Positions 1 through 11,044 of a stretch of DNA of 64,000 nucleotides are shown in pieces (within the stretch, counting starts at the first letter, position 1; every line of letters begins with the position of its first letter). The notes under the pieces were generated by a model. It was not told where the DNA came from and did no database searches. It saw nothing but the letters and a program-made list of their open reading frames with translations. Both the position numbers and the translations under genes were made by a program. Origin of the DNA: Clostridiales bacterium UBA3678 (GTDB lineage: Bacteria > Bacillota > Clostridia > TANB77 > CAG-508); assembly GCA_002372935.1 (NCBI GenBank), contig DFJF01000005.1:100754-164753 (forward strand), given 5' to 3'.

Positions 1-545
1 TATAATCATTTAATTCTTTATTTTTGTCTTCCATATATTTTTCAATTATAATTCTAGGTTTTACATTCTTATATGGCCATTCTCTCCAATTTCTATAGTA
101 GTTATTCTTCATACATTTATTTATCTTTTTTCTTGTTTCTTCAATATTAAAATTACTTTTATCTTTGCAAATTACTATTCCACCAGAATCATGAGTACAT
201 TTTATTACAAATTGGTCTGGAAGTTCCTTAAAGTTTATTTCCTCAAATGAATCATATATTCCTATTGTTGGAATTATATATTCTTCTCCTATTTTCTCTG
301 CAACATATTTTTTTACTTCATATTTATCTACCATTTTTGTATACTCTGGATTTCTATCATACAATTTTAGCCATTGTAATTTTTCATTAAAAGTTTTTGG
401 ATTACTTAAATCAAGTTTTTTGTTAAAAGTTTGATAATATATTATTTTTAAATAAAAGGCATCATTCAATTTTATTAATTTCATTCTGTCTAATCCTAAA
501 AGAATATAAGAAGGATGTTTTACATATTCAATAATTTTCTTCATC
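1..545 (-). CDS. ATP-grasp fold amidoligase family protein (TupA-like), C-terminal part cut by window edge
   Basis: Not in the ORF track because it runs off the left edge. My translation from the ATG at 545-543 is MKKIIEYVKHPSYILLGLDRMKL...NPKTFNEKLQWLKLYDRNPEYTKMVDKYEVKKYVAEKIGEEYIIPT...FVIKCTHDSGGIVICKDKS...REWPYKNVKPRIIIEKYM. This matches the TupA-like ATP-grasp strings as I remember them. Confidence 0.6.
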
Positions 546-560
546 TATTTTTCTCCTATT

Positions 561-1694
561 TTAATATATAACACTATAAATAAATTTTTTCCATTTATCT
601 ATTATTGTATCTACTCTAACTTCATTTATAATTTTTTTAGCATTTATACTAATTTTATTTTGTATGTCAGTATTGTCTAAAATCAATTGTATTTTTTTCT
701 TTAAATCTTCTTTATCGTTAACATTAATTAAATATCCATTTTCTCCATTTTTTATAAACATTCTTGGTCCACCACAAGGACAGTCAGTAGCTATAACAGG
801 TAATCCTAATACCATTGCCTCTATTAAAGCATTAGGTATTCCTTCATAATTAGATGTTAAAACAAATAAAGATGAATCATAAATTTTATCTGCAACATCA
901 TCAACAATTCCTGGCAATTTAACTTGATCTGTTAATTTTAATTTTGCTATTTTATCTTCTAATTTATCTCTTAAAAGTCCTTCTCCATAAATAATCAATT
1001 TATACTCTTTATATTTTTCCCTTAGGTCATAAAATGCATCAATTAGTAAATCAATATTTTTTTGTTCTGTTAATCTGCATACGGATATTATTTTCTTCTT
1101 CCTATTAGCCACGTTTTTATAATTTTCAAATGATGGATTTACAGGATTCACAATAATATCTACTTTTTTATTTGTTAGATTAATTTCATTATCGAAGTAT
1201 TCTTTTGCTCCATTTGTTTGAAAAACAAAACCATTAGCTTCTGAATATAACAATTTCATTAAAATATAATGGATTAAATTATTATATTCTTTTGCTGGAT
1301 CATTTCTATCACTTATAATTAGCTTGTATTTTTTTCTATTTGCCATAACTGACATAAAAGAAGCTTTTGGTAAAAAAGATATTATTATATCAGGCTTAAT
1401 TGATTTAAATCTTTTCCTCATAATTTTCGTTTTTTTAATAATTTTATATAATTTAAATATTTTATTCATTATGGGATTATTATTTTTTTTATATTTTTTT
1501 TCTATTTCAATTAAACTTATATTATCATTTAATTTGTATTGTATTTTTTCTTTATCTATTGTCATAATATAAACATTATTTTCTATTGATAAATTATTTG
1601 CCAGAACAGAAACAACCCTCTCTGCTCCTCCTTTCCTTAAACAATCAATACAAAAAACAATTTTTTTATTTCTTATCATATTAATGTCGTCCAT
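561..1694 (-). CDS. glycosyltransferase family 4 (GT-B, group 1)
   Basis: 377 aa ORF with the C-terminal GT-B signature ...LTSNYEGIPNALIEAMVLGLPVIATDCPCGGPRMFI.. and an N-terminal GGAERV motif. Confidence 0.8.
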   Translation of the reverse strand: MDDINMIRNKKIVFCIDCLRKGGAERVVSVLANNLSIENNVYIMTIDKEKIQYKLNDNISLIEIEKKYKKNNNPIMNKIFKLYKIIKKTKIMRKRFKSIKPDIIISFLPKASFMSVMANRKKYKLIISDRNDPAKEYNNLIHYILMKLLYSEANGFVFQTNGAKEYFDNEINLTNKKVDIIVNPVNPSFENYKNVANRKKKIISVCRLTEQKNIDLLIDAFYDLREKYKEYKLIIYGEGLLRDKLEDKIAKLKLTDQVKLPGIVDDVADKIYDSSLFVLTSNYEGIPNALIEAMVLGLPVIATDCPCGGPRMFIKNGENGYLINVNDKEDLKKKIQLILDNTDIQNKISINAKKIINEVRVDTIIDKWKKFIYSVIY

Positions 1695-2078
1695 TTTTAT
1701 GTCCCTTTCTTAGTATATTATGAAGTTTTATTTTTTATATTTTTTTAACTTAATATCTAAGCTAAATTATATATAAAAAAATATATATTTTTAATCGGTT
1801 AAATTTTCAAATTATATCTTTATTTTTTCTATATGCTAAATAGCAAAAATATTTGCCACACTATTACTTCTTTATATATAATGATAGCATTTTTGACCAT
1901 CTATAATTCTTACATTTGTCAATAATATAAGTTATAGTATAATATGTAATTTTCCTTTGGAAATCGAATATTATTAAAAATTTTTATATTTTGTTCAGTA
2001 ATACTATCAAGTTATTTTTTAGATATTTTTTACGTTATATATTGGTACAACAATTGTAATCAAATCGTTTTTTATTAT

Positions 2079-3311
2079 TTATGTCTTTTCTTTTTCAATT
2101 CTAGGTATATTACATTGTAATAATATCATTAATATCATAAGCATTCTGTACTGAAATTGCGATGTTATTAATAATATAAAAAATGTAATTTCGAACAGAA
2201 TATATTTTTTATATCTATTTTTTATACTAAATATTAATACTTTTATCGAAGGAATAATATAAAATAATAATAATACAATTCCTCCATCCGTTATAACTGG
2301 TATTATAGCATTGCTATATCCATACCCTTCTTCAGGATTTAACTCATCAGGCTTTTTATGATTAATTCCATTTCCTATCAATGGACTATCCTTAAATGCA
2401 TTTATTCCATTTAGAAAATCCATCTTTCTATGAGATGCAGACGCCGTTACCATCTTTCTTTCTGTAAAACTTATTAGAAAAGGTATTAATATGAATATTA
2501 TTGTAATAGCAATAATATTCACGCTCACCTTTTGCCTTTTATTTAACTCTTGATATGAATTAAAAATATATATTAATAATACTATTCCTATACACAAAAT
2601 TCCTGTAAAGCTTAATGTTGTAATTGTTGTTATACTTATAATTAAACTTTTTATATAACTATATTTGTTTTTTTCTTCAATGATTAAGCAATTAATCATT
2701 AACCCAATTACTAATACAAGTGCATACATAGGTCCTTCTGTGTATATTCCAGTATTTCTTATTAATGGGGAATTTGTAATCCAATAAATAACTTGTGTAT
2801 TAAAATGTAAATAAAAAAAAGAATCGATTTCAGAGTATGGTATCCCCCATAATATTTTTATTGTATTAGTTGGTTTTAATACTTTTGTTACTGATGACAA
2901 AAAATAAAAAACAAGTGAAATACAACAAATAATAACAATAATATTGACTATTTTTTTTAAAAAATTTACAATTTCTTCTTTCGATAGTTTGTTAAGATAT
3001 AAGTACATTAATGGTAAGAAAGAATCAAATACAAGTATTATTACACCTTTCCCTGTTATATTATTTGTATTAAAGTACATTATTATTGAAATAAGATAAT
3101 CTATTAGTATTACAATTGCATTTTTCTTCGTTAATTTATTTTTTCTCAACAATAATAAAATTAAAAGTGAAAAGCATGCAACAATTACCATACATATTCT
3201 TATGATTTTGTGTAATCCATAGATTTGAGAATATACAGAGTTTGCCTCTAATATAATGCTCAAACTAAGTATATATTCAAAAAAATTTTTTATTTTTTTT
3301 TTCTTTATCAT
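2079..3311 (-). CDS. O-antigen polymerase/ligase-like (Wzy-type) polytopic membrane protein
   Basis: The ORF is hydrophobic throughout with about 10 predicted TM stretches and lies in a glycosyltransferase locus. I prefer the ATG at 3311 (MIKKKKIKNFF), one nucleotide after the upstream TGA, over the ORF-track start at 3362. Confidence 0.55.
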   Translation of the reverse strand: MIKKKKIKNFFEYILSLSIILEANSVYSQIYGLHKIIRICMVIVACFSLLILLLLRKNKLTKKNAIVILIDYLISIIMYFNTNNITGKGVIILVFDSFLPLMYLYLNKLSKEEIVNFLKKIVNIIVIICCISLVFYFLSSVTKVLKPTNTIKILWGIPYSEIDSFFYLHFNTQVIYWITNSPLIRNTGIYTEGPMYALVLVIGLMINCLIIEEKNKYSYIKSLIISITTITTLSFTGILCIGIVLLIYIFNSYQELNKRQKVSVNIIAITIIFILIPFLISFTERKMVTASASHRKMDFLNGINAFKDSPLIGNGINHKKPDELNPEEGYGYSNAIIPVITDGGIVLLLFYIIPSIKVLIFSIKNRYKKYILFEITFFILLITSQFQYRMLMILMILLQCNIPRIEKEKT

Positions 3312-3312
3312 A

Positions 3313-4422
3313 TCATTTAAAATATTCCTTTTCAATTTTTTGCGCAGTTTCTTTACAGTCAAATCCTTTACTTTTTATCATATCCATATTATCTTGCCTT
3401 TTTATACTGCATAATTTATTAATTTTCTTTGCCCAATCTTTTGCACTTTGTTCTAATGACATTTCATAAAATGAATTAGAAACATTTATTTCGTCTGTAA
3501 CATTGCTGGAAAATAATGATGGCATTCCTGTAGCTTGTGCTTCAATTCCTGTAATAGGCAACCCTTCCCATAAAGACGGCAAAACAAAAATATCTGACAT
3601 AAATAATAAATAATTAACATCACTTCTATTAACTAATATTGTTACGTTACTTTCTATCTTTTCATTTTTAATTTTTTTTCTAATATTATCCAACTCAGTA
3701 CCAAGTCCTCCCACAATAAATAAATGAGAATTGTTATTTATTTTTTTGAACTCTTTAAATATATCAATTAAAAATCTTTGATTTTTTTGATAACTAAATC
3801 TCCCAATATTTATTAATACTATTTTATCTTCTACTTTGAATTTTTTTCTATATTCATTTCTCATTTTTTCATCAAACTTGTACAAATCTAATTCTATTCC
3901 ATTTTTTATGATATAAAATCTATTACTATTTATTATTTCATTTGAGTACTTTCCTTCTGCTGCTTCTTTACTACATGCAAAAAATAAATCAGCATTTTTT
4001 TTAATATTTCTAAAGCAAAATTTTAAAATTTTATTTTTTAGTCCTCTTTTGCTAGCTGAATGTGAATGTACTATTACCTTCTTTATTCCTACTTTTTTTG
4101 CAATCTTTGAGCAAACATAAAGTGTAAACAAGCTTCCTGAATGAATATGTATTACGTCATATTCTGAACTTATATATTTTTTAGCAGTTTCTATTATAAA
4201 TTTTTTTCTTAATTTTGAATTAAAACATTTATTATCTCCTATTATAATATCTTTCTTTTTCTCTGCTAAATCCACTAGCATACTATTCGTTACTTCAAAT
4301 GGTGTCACAAATGTAATCTTCATATTTGGAGAAAAATTTCTATACATATTTATTATAAATGCTTCTTGTCCACCATAGTTAAGTGGCTCTCCAAAAAACT
4401 CCATGACACTAATTTTTTTCAT
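3313..4422 (-). CDS. glycosyltransferase family 1/4
   Basis: 369 aa. It carries the motif PSLWEGLPITGIEAQATGMP typical of GT-B retaining glycosyltransferases. Confidence 0.8.
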   Translation of the reverse strand: MKKISVMEFFGEPLNYGGQEAFIINMYRNFSPNMKITFVTPFEVTNSMLVDLAEKKKDIIIGDNKCFNSKLRKKFIIETAKKYISSEYDVIHIHSGSLFTLYVCSKIAKKVGIKKVIVHSHSASKRGLKNKILKFCFRNIKKNADLFFACSKEAAEGKYSNEIINSNRFYIIKNGIELDLYKFDEKMRNEYRKKFKVEDKIVLINIGRFSYQKNQRFLIDIFKEFKKINNNSHLFIVGGLGTELDNIRKKIKNEKIESNVTILVNRSDVNYLLFMSDIFVLPSLWEGLPITGIEAQATGMPSLFSSNVTDEINVSNSFYEMSLEQSAKDWAKKINKLCSIKRQDNMDMIKSKGFDCKETAQKIEKEYFK

Positions 4423-4571
4423 TTATATTCCTCTTTTCTAATAAATTTAATTATTTATGATAAAAAGTCATTAAAGCACAATAAGAAAAACAACAATCAA
4501 ACAAAAATATACTATTATTAATAATATATAAATACATTGTTATCCTACCATTTCGAAATAATAATATCTTA

Positions 4572-5549
4572 TCATTGTTTTTCAATTGCTTTCGTTGTAA
4601 CATATTCCACTTTTGGATAAAATTTTTTTCCTTCTTTGATTGCTTTATCTATTATATTAATTCTATTTTTTTTATCATTTTTGTTTGACTTTATAATTCT
4701 AATTTTATGTATTACTATCCTAATCTTAAATAATATCCATCCTTTAATTCCTTCTCTTCTATAAAGTACTACATCATTTCTATATAAATATTTAAATCTA
4801 TTTAATCTATCTCCATCAACACTGGCTATTGATGCTCCATCGTTTAACCTTGACTTATGTGTAACCACACTGTCAGATATATAGTAGCATTTATATTTTC
4901 TTGAAATTCTTCTTGTATACTCCCAATCATCAGTCCAAATAAAAAATTCTTTAATTGGTAGTCCCATATCTTCAACAATTCTAGTTGGAACAAAAAGTGA
5001 AACGAAAGAAGCCATTGCTATACTCTGATAATTTTTATCAAAATCTTTTAACCATTTTGCAAATTTTTCTTTTTGAATATTCATTTTGCATATTGAATTA
5101 TCTTTCCATAAAACTTTGCTAGATAAAAATCCATACTGGTTCTTTAATCTTTCATTTGCCTTTATCAAGTTTTTTAAAGAATCTTGATGAACAATGCAAT
5201 CATCATCCATTAGCCACATATAATCACATCCAATTTTATATGCTTCTTTCATTCCAAAATTAAATCCCCCTGCTCCACCAAGATTAGACCCTGTATTAAC
5301 ATAATGAACTTTATTATTTTTAAGTTCATTATAGATATGTTCTTTTGTTCCATCTGTGCTTGCGTTGTCTACAACTAATATATCACAATTATTATAATCT
5401 TGCTTTAATAAAGCATCAATGCATTCTTTTAATAATTCTTTTCGATTATAAGTTACAACAACTGCAACAACTTTTTCTTCTTTTTTAGTTTTATCTATAT
5501 TCTTTTCTAAAAAATCTTGCTCAAAAGCTTTTTTCATATTTCTTTCCAA
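4572..5549 (-). CDS. glycosyltransferase family 2
   Basis: VVAVVVTYNRKELLKECIDALLKQ...VVDNASTDGT...WLMDDD is the GT-A/GT2 DxD architecture. The start may instead be the internal ATG at 5537. Confidence 0.8.
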   Translation of the reverse strand: MERNMKKAFEQDFLEKNIDKTKKEEKVVAVVVTYNRKELLKECIDALLKQDYNNCDILVVDNASTDGTKEHIYNELKNNKVHYVNTGSNLGGAGGFNFGMKEAYKIGCDYMWLMDDDCIVHQDSLKNLIKANERLKNQYGFLSSKVLWKDNSICKMNIQKEKFAKWLKDFDKNYQSIAMASFVSLFVPTRIVEDMGLPIKEFFIWTDDWEYTRRISRKYKCYYISDSVVTHKSRLNDGASIASVDGDRLNRFKYLYRNDVVLYRREGIKGWILFKIRIVIHKIRIIKSNKNDKKNRINIIDKAIKEGKKFYPKVEYVTTKAIEKQ

Positions 5550-6342
5550 AAAACTTTGCTTTTAAAAAGCTTGTTCCTTTCTTCCACCAATTTATTTTTT
5601 CCATATCAATTACCTTAACTTCAGTATATTTCAACCCTTTTGTATTAATCCATACATCTAAAAGCAATTCTGAAACTCTTCCATAAAACCTTGCATGAAA
5701 AGTATCATAATTGTTTTGCTGATTTTTCATTCTTTTTTCAAGTTCAAATAAAATAGCAAAAAGCCATTCACAATACTCATTCAAAATTTCTTTTTTCATT
5801 ATAAACATATTAAACATGTGTGCTGATGTTCTTGTATGAAGCTTTTCAAATTCTTCTAAATATTCAGGGGATTTCTCTGCAATTATTTTTTGTACTTCAT
5901 TTAATGGCTCCACATACATTGTATGTTCATAATGTGAATAAAGATTTTCTATATAATAATTTCTTTTTTTAGGTAAAATAATATCATTATTATTTAATAA
6001 TTCATTAACCTGTTTTTTATTTAATACTACATTAAATTTCTCATCAGTTGTTTTTGGAATATGTTTGCTTTCAGAAAAATATCTTCTATAATGCACCAAG
6101 CCTATATAGTCATTTTTTAAATTCTTCCAAGCCCAATATAATCCTGTTAATTCACAAAAATATGGATTTTTTATAGAAATATTATCTCCTGTATTATCTT
6201 GATAATCAAATCCTTCTATTTTTCCATTTTTTTCAGCATTAACTTGTAATGGAATATATATATCATCTTTTGGCATTTGATATTTCTTATGAGTAGCAAC
6301 TATTATCTTTACATCCTTATCATTTTCTGCTTTTACATTCAT
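5521..6342 (-). CDS. DUF4422 domain protein (polysaccharide biosynthesis, putative glycosyltransferase)
   Basis: IIVATHKKYQMPKDDIYIPLQV...NPYFCELTGLYWAWKN...GLVHYRRYF is the DUF4422 signature as I recall it. Confidence 0.65.
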   Translation of the reverse strand: MNVKAENDKDVKIIVATHKKYQMPKDDIYIPLQVNAEKNGKIEGFDYQDNTGDNISIKNPYFCELTGLYWAWKNLKNDYIGLVHYRRYFSESKHIPKTTDEKFNVVLNKKQVNELLNNNDIILPKKRNYYIENLYSHYEHTMYVEPLNEVQKIIAEKSPEYLEEFEKLHTRTSAHMFNMFIMKKEILNEYCEWLFAILFELEKRMKNQQNNYDTFHARFYGRVSELLLDVWINTKGLKYTEVKVIDMEKINWWKKGTSFLKAKFFGKKYEKSF

Positions 6343-6378
6343 AATTCACTACTCCCTTTCCAATTAATCCACAATTTA

Positions 6379-7150
6379 TTATTTTGCTCCATCTTTCTTA
6401 AAGACTACCGCAAATGTTTTAAAAAATATCTTCATATCAAGTTTAAAAGATTGATGGTCTGCATAATAAAGCTCCATTTGCCTTCTTTCATCATAAGTTG
6501 TATTGCTTCTTCCGGTTAACAGCCCAATATCCAGTAATTCCAGGCTTTACACTCAAAAATTTTTTTCTTTCATCTTCATTATTATACATACACATTTCCT
6601 CATCTATTATTGGTCTAGGTCCAATTAAGCTCATTGTTCCATTTAGTAAATTTATAAGTTGTGGTAACTCATCTAAACTTGTTTCTCTTAAAAATCTTCC
6701 TGTCTTAGTTATTCTTGGATCATTTTCGAGTTTTCTGGTTTCTTCCCATTCTTTTTTTGCATCAGAATTTGAGTCTAAATATTCTTGTAATTTCTTGTCA
6801 GCACCTATTACCATTGTTCTGTATTTGTATATTTTAAAATGATTCCCATTCTTTCCAACTCTTAGTTGTGTATAAAAAACAGGTCCATCTTCTTTATTTA
6901 TTTTTTTCATAATCCATACTATCAATGTTATAGGTATTAATAAAATTGTTCCAACTAAACCTATAATCAAGTCTATTATTCTTTTGAATAATAACCATAT
7001 ATAGGGTTTACGTATTTCTTCTCTTTCGATTCTTTTCTCTTTTGTCTTTTTATCAGTAATAACATCACTTGCGCCTAGTATATTCTCAGCCATAACAACA
7101 TTTTTTCCATTTATAACTTCCATTTTTTCCCCCAACAATAAATGTTTCAT
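6379..7150 (-). pseudogene. bacterial sugar transferase (undecaprenyl-phosphate sugar phosphotransferase, priming enzyme), interrupted by a +1 frameshift
   Basis: ORF 6491..7150 ends ...GITGYWAVNRKKQYNL*. Shifting one base at 6514/6515 restores the conserved C-terminus NGRSNTTYDERRQMELYYADHQSFKLDMKIFFKTFAVVFKKDGAK*, with its stop at 6379-6381. The total length is 772 nt, which is 3n+1. The LDELPQL..G.MSLIGPRP core is present. Confidence 0.75.
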
Positions 7151-7168
7151 TAATAAGCATTTTTAATT

Positions 7169-8488
7169 TTATCTATATCCAGTTTTTGTTATAATTGCAT
7201 TACTTATTTCCCTTACCTTACTAGAAACACTGTAGTCCTCATCACCATAAACTTCTTGATGTAATTTTTTAACATTTGATTCTAATGTTACTGGTACTCC
7301 ATACCATCTATCTAATGTTATTCCTTTTGTTTCATAAGGCCATCCAATGCTTTCTGTAATTGAATATGTTGCAAGTGTTGGCAATAGCGAAATAATCTCA
7401 TTTGAGCTAATATTTGTATAAACTTTTGGCAAAATTGTCTTTGCTAAACCATTTAACTCACTCACACTCATTTTTTTAGCTTTATTAGCTATTGCAGTTA
7501 ATACTGTTCTCATTCTTTCAGTTCTTTTGTAATCTCCTCCAGCTGTATATCTTATTCTTGCATAAGCTAATGCTTGAACTCCATCTAAATTCTGAGTTCC
7601 AGTTTTTGTTATATGACTTGAAGAAGTTTTCAAAATTTGATTGTTTGCATCTATATAGTCATTTATATATTTAATTTCATCACTTTCAATTGTAATGTCA
7701 ACCCCATCAACAGCATTTACAATATCAACTAATGAGTTAAAGTTAACGGTTGCAAATTCTTTTACATCTAAATCCATATTTGTATTTATTGTACTCATAG
7801 AAAGAGCTGCTCCACCATAAGCATAAGCATGTGTTAATTTGTCTAATTTTGTATTTCCTTTTTCATTAATTCTAACATAAGTATCTCTATATACTGAAAC
7901 TAATTTTACCTTTTTGTTTTCTTGATCTATTATAGCTAAAATAATACAGTCACTTCTTGTTCCACTTTCAAGCTGATCTTCTCTGCTATCTACTCCATAT
8001 AGAGCTATTGTTCTGTAACCTTTTAATGATTCTTCAACTCCATCATTTACCTCAATTGAATTTTCATCTACATCTACATGTTGCATTGTATCTAAAGAAT
8101 TTTTTAAATATATATAAGCTCCAACTCCAACTCCACATGCTAATAATATAAGTATTAATAGTATAATTCCTAAAACTTTAAAAAACTTTTTAACACCACT
8201 TGTCTTTTTCTTTTCTCTCATTTTTTTCGCTTCCTTTTGTTTTTTTCTTCTATCTTCATAGTTATTTCGACTTTCTTCTATATTATATTGATTATTTAGA
8301 TCAGAAGTGACATTTATATTATCATCATAATTTAATTCATAACTTTTATTTGCATTTTCTCGACTTAATCCATATTTCTTGTTTAATCTTTCATCAAAAC
8401 TTGCTTTTTGTGCTTGAATTTCTCTTTTTTTTCTTCTTTCGTACTCCTTCATTTCACTTCTATCCATACTATGTTTACCTTTTGCCAT
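7169..8488 (-). CDS. LytR-CpsA-Psr (LCP) family cell-wall polymer transferase
   Basis: It has an N-terminal cytoplasmic K/E-rich region, one TM segment, and the LCP core ..YGVDSRE...RSDCIILAIID...VSVYRDTYV. The start is placed at the ATG at 8488, preceded by GGGAGGAAATGAA. Confidence 0.85.
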   Translation of the reverse strand: MAKGKHSMDRSEMKEYERRKKREIQAQKASFDERLNKKYGLSRENANKSYELNYDDNINVTSDLNNQYNIEESRNNYEDRRKKQKEAKKMREKKKTSGVKKFFKVLGIILLILILLACGVGVGAYIYLKNSLDTMQHVDVDENSIEVNDGVEESLKGYRTIALYGVDSREDQLESGTRSDCIILAIIDQENKKVKLVSVYRDTYVRINEKGNTKLDKLTHAYAYGGAALSMSTINTNMDLDVKEFATVNFNSLVDIVNAVDGVDITIESDEIKYINDYIDANNQILKTSSSHITKTGTQNLDGVQALAYARIRYTAGGDYKRTERMRTVLTAIANKAKKMSVSELNGLAKTILPKVYTNISSNEIISLLPTLATYSITESIGWPYETKGITLDRWYGVPVTLESNVKKLHQEVYGDEDYSVSSKVREISNAIITKTGYR

Positions 8489-8747
8489 TTCATTTCCTCC
8501 CAAGCAGAATATAATTTTTCTCATTAAGAATATCATTTATTTAATAAAAATTCAACCCTTTTTTACATTTTTTTTTTATTTTCTCCTTAAAATCCTTGAA
8601 ACACTTTATAAATTCCCATATAACGATTTTTCAACAAATCAAAATTGTTATATATCTGTAACACTTTTGTAACAATTTTGTTATAGTTTTTTATATAAAT
8701 TTGTGTTAAAATATATAGTGAATATTTTTACGAAGGAGAACATAAAA

Positions 8748-9791
8748 ATGACTTCAAATTTATACTATACTGATTTAAATTTTTTAAATAAATATTTTTC
8801 AACAAGAGAATTTGATTTTATAAATGATGTTCCACTTGGAAATCAAAATCTTGATAAGTTAATAGATAAAGAAACAAAAGTAAGAGACACAATAGTAGAA
8901 TTTATAAATAATTTGGATTCATCCACTCCACAGCTAGATGCTTCAGTTTCTAGTATTTCGCTACTTACTGAACTTCAGGATATATTTAATAAAATAAATG
9001 ACAACCTAAAAATGATGAATAAATTAAAAATAGATTTTTCAAAAATTTCTGAACAAATTGTAAATTTATTAATAAAAATTGAATCATCAAAAGATCAACC
9101 AGAAATTTATTATCCACAAATACAAGAAATCAAAGAGATGATAAATTCGTATACAAAACAAAACAATGAAACAAAATCTAAAATAACATTAAATGATATA
9201 AAAATAGATGCTTTTTTAAAAAGAGATTCTGTAAAAAAACTCTTCGTAGTTTTTGGTATGGAGCCTTTAAACAATATAGAATTTGACTTTAACATTTCTC
9301 AAAAAGGCAGTACAAACAACTATTTAAAGGATAATTCAAACATAAATAAACATTTAAATGAATATTCAGATGATATTCCTAAAGAAAATAATGTTTTAAG
9401 AGTTTCAGAAAAAGCAAACAAAGTATATCTACCATACTCTAAATCAGAACTTTCTTTATATTTAGAGCAATATCCCGAATCATACCATTCTTTAGGTGAA
9501 GTTGTAAAAAAAGAATTTATTTTACCATTAGACTATTACATGAAACACCCTGTTGTTGCAAGGTTTAGAGAAACATATTCTCTTATAAAAGATAGAGAAT
9601 CAAAATCTGTAATTGATGGTCTAAAATATGCTTTTAGTTTAATGTTTAAATATGAACTAAACCCAGTAATTATCGCTGCTTGTAAAACTCAAGAACAACT
9701 TGAAAATTATCTTGATTGCTTAAATAGAAATAAATTGGATGAATTCAAAGATTTTGAAATTAAATTCGAGGTTTCTATGAGAAAAAAATAA
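8748..9791 (+). CDS. hypothetical protein
   Basis: Long ORF. The start ATG at 8748 is preceded by GAAGGAGAACATAAAA. I recognise no family. Confidence 0.5.
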   Translation: MTSNLYYTDLNFLNKYFSTREFDFINDVPLGNQNLDKLIDKETKVRDTIVEFINNLDSSTPQLDASVSSISLLTELQDIFNKINDNLKMMNKLKIDFSKISEQIVNLLIKIESSKDQPEIYYPQIQEIKEMINSYTKQNNETKSKITLNDIKIDAFLKRDSVKKLFVVFGMEPLNNIEFDFNISQKGSTNNYLKDNSNINKHLNEYSDDIPKENNVLRVSEKANKVYLPYSKSELSLYLEQYPESYHSLGEVVKKEFILPLDYYMKHPVVARFRETYSLIKDRESKSVIDGLKYAFSLMFKYELNPVIIAACKTQEQLENYLDCLNRNKLDEFKDFEIKFEVSMRKK

Positions 9792-10143
9792 AAAAGAGAT
9801 ATCTAAAGGAGAACTTAAATAAGGACAAAATTGTTCTTATTTGGAAGAGTTAAATAATAAAAATTTTAATTTAAAGGAATATCGTGAAATTAAAATAAAT
9901 GAAATTGGAACAGAAAGTAAGGCTGGAAAGATTAAACAATATAGCTAAAAAAAACAATATAGTATTTTGCAAGATAGTAAGGGAATTAAAAAAAATGAAA
10001 TGTTAGATGACAATAATACTAAACTATTGAATAATTCTTAAACAGAATACCACATTATATACTAATCAAGAATGTCATTACTGATTAGTCGGTAACAGAA
10101 AGTGAGTAAATTTTACTCACTCTTAACTAGAGGATATAATTTT

Positions 10144-10782
10144 TTACTTTAAGTATTCCTCTATAAAATCCTTTATATTTATATATTCCAATATATAATC
10201 TTCATTAGAATACTTATCTATATCTTTTTTGTGCATTATATAATAGTTTTTAACTTTTTCCTGTATTCTTTTTGTTGCATCATCAAAATTTGGAGAATTA
10301 TCATATGGAGATCCATAATATTTAATTTCTTCAGGTTTTATTTTTGACATCATATATTTGATAATTTCAAATCTAGAAAATATTAAATTGTTGTTATTTT
10401 TATTTTTTAATATGCAAACATTTAACATTTTTGGTAATATAATTCTATTTGTACATCCGTTTTCAAAGTTTCTTTCATTTTTTATATTAGTGCCATCAAA
10501 TTGTAAATACACACCATCTTTTAAGTAATCACATAAATTATTTGATTTCTTTACTTTATTTTCTATATCTTTGTCTTTAAGTTTAGTTTTTCCGCTTTTT
10601 ATATCATTATATACTATATTAAAATCAACAAATAAAGCTATACATCCTTCAAATCCTTCTGAGAAAAAAACTTTAACTTTTTCATCATTAACTAGTTTAC
10701 TATTATTTTCATTTCTTGGTGTTAATCCTGATTCACTAATAGATATAATTCTATCAAATGTTGTCATATGATAATAATACAT
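10144..10782 (-). CDS. hypothetical protein
   Basis: 212 aa ORF. The N-terminal string YHMTTFDRIISISESGLTPRN is discussed in the findings. I cannot make a confident family assignment. Confidence 0.5.
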   Translation of the reverse strand: MYYYHMTTFDRIISISESGLTPRNENNSKLVNDEKVKVFFSEGFEGCIALFVDFNIVYNDIKSGKTKLKDKDIENKVKKSNNLCDYLKDGVYLQFDGTNIKNERNFENGCTNRIILPKMLNVCILKNKNNNNLIFSRFEIIKYMMSKIKPEEIKYYGSPYDNSPNFDDATKRIQEKVKNYYIMHKKDIDKYSNEDYILEYINIKDFIEEYLK

Positions 10783-11044
10783 ATCATCATCTCACTTTCG
10801 AATTTTTATATATGAAATATTTTATCATAAAACAGAACATTATACAATTTATTTTTATATCTCTCCGATAGAAACCCAACTAGGCATCTTTGTAGACGAT
10901 TGTCTGAAAGTGTCATAGTGGGTTACACACTTTGAAAAAGTTGTGTAATTGCTTCGTAGATTTGCCATAGTAGATACTCCATTAATCAAAGTAAACATAT
11001 ATTATAAAAGAAAAAAGCATAGTATCAACTACACCGTTTAAAAG

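Noticed and set aside
6277-6519. 80-aa plus-strand ORF in the gap between DUF4422 and the sugar transferase
   Set aside because: The interval is explained by the frameshifted 3' end of the minus-strand sugar transferase. The plus ORF is its shadow.
9800-9852. Hairpin AATAAGGACAAAATTGTTCTTATT resembles, in inverted orientation, the inner hairpin of the 11045-11092 terminator, suggesting inverted ends of an inserted segment carrying the 212-aa gene
   Set aside because: The shared sequence is limited to ~11 and 8 nt blocks in an AT-rich background, and I could define no direct-repeat target duplication. The evidence is insufficient.
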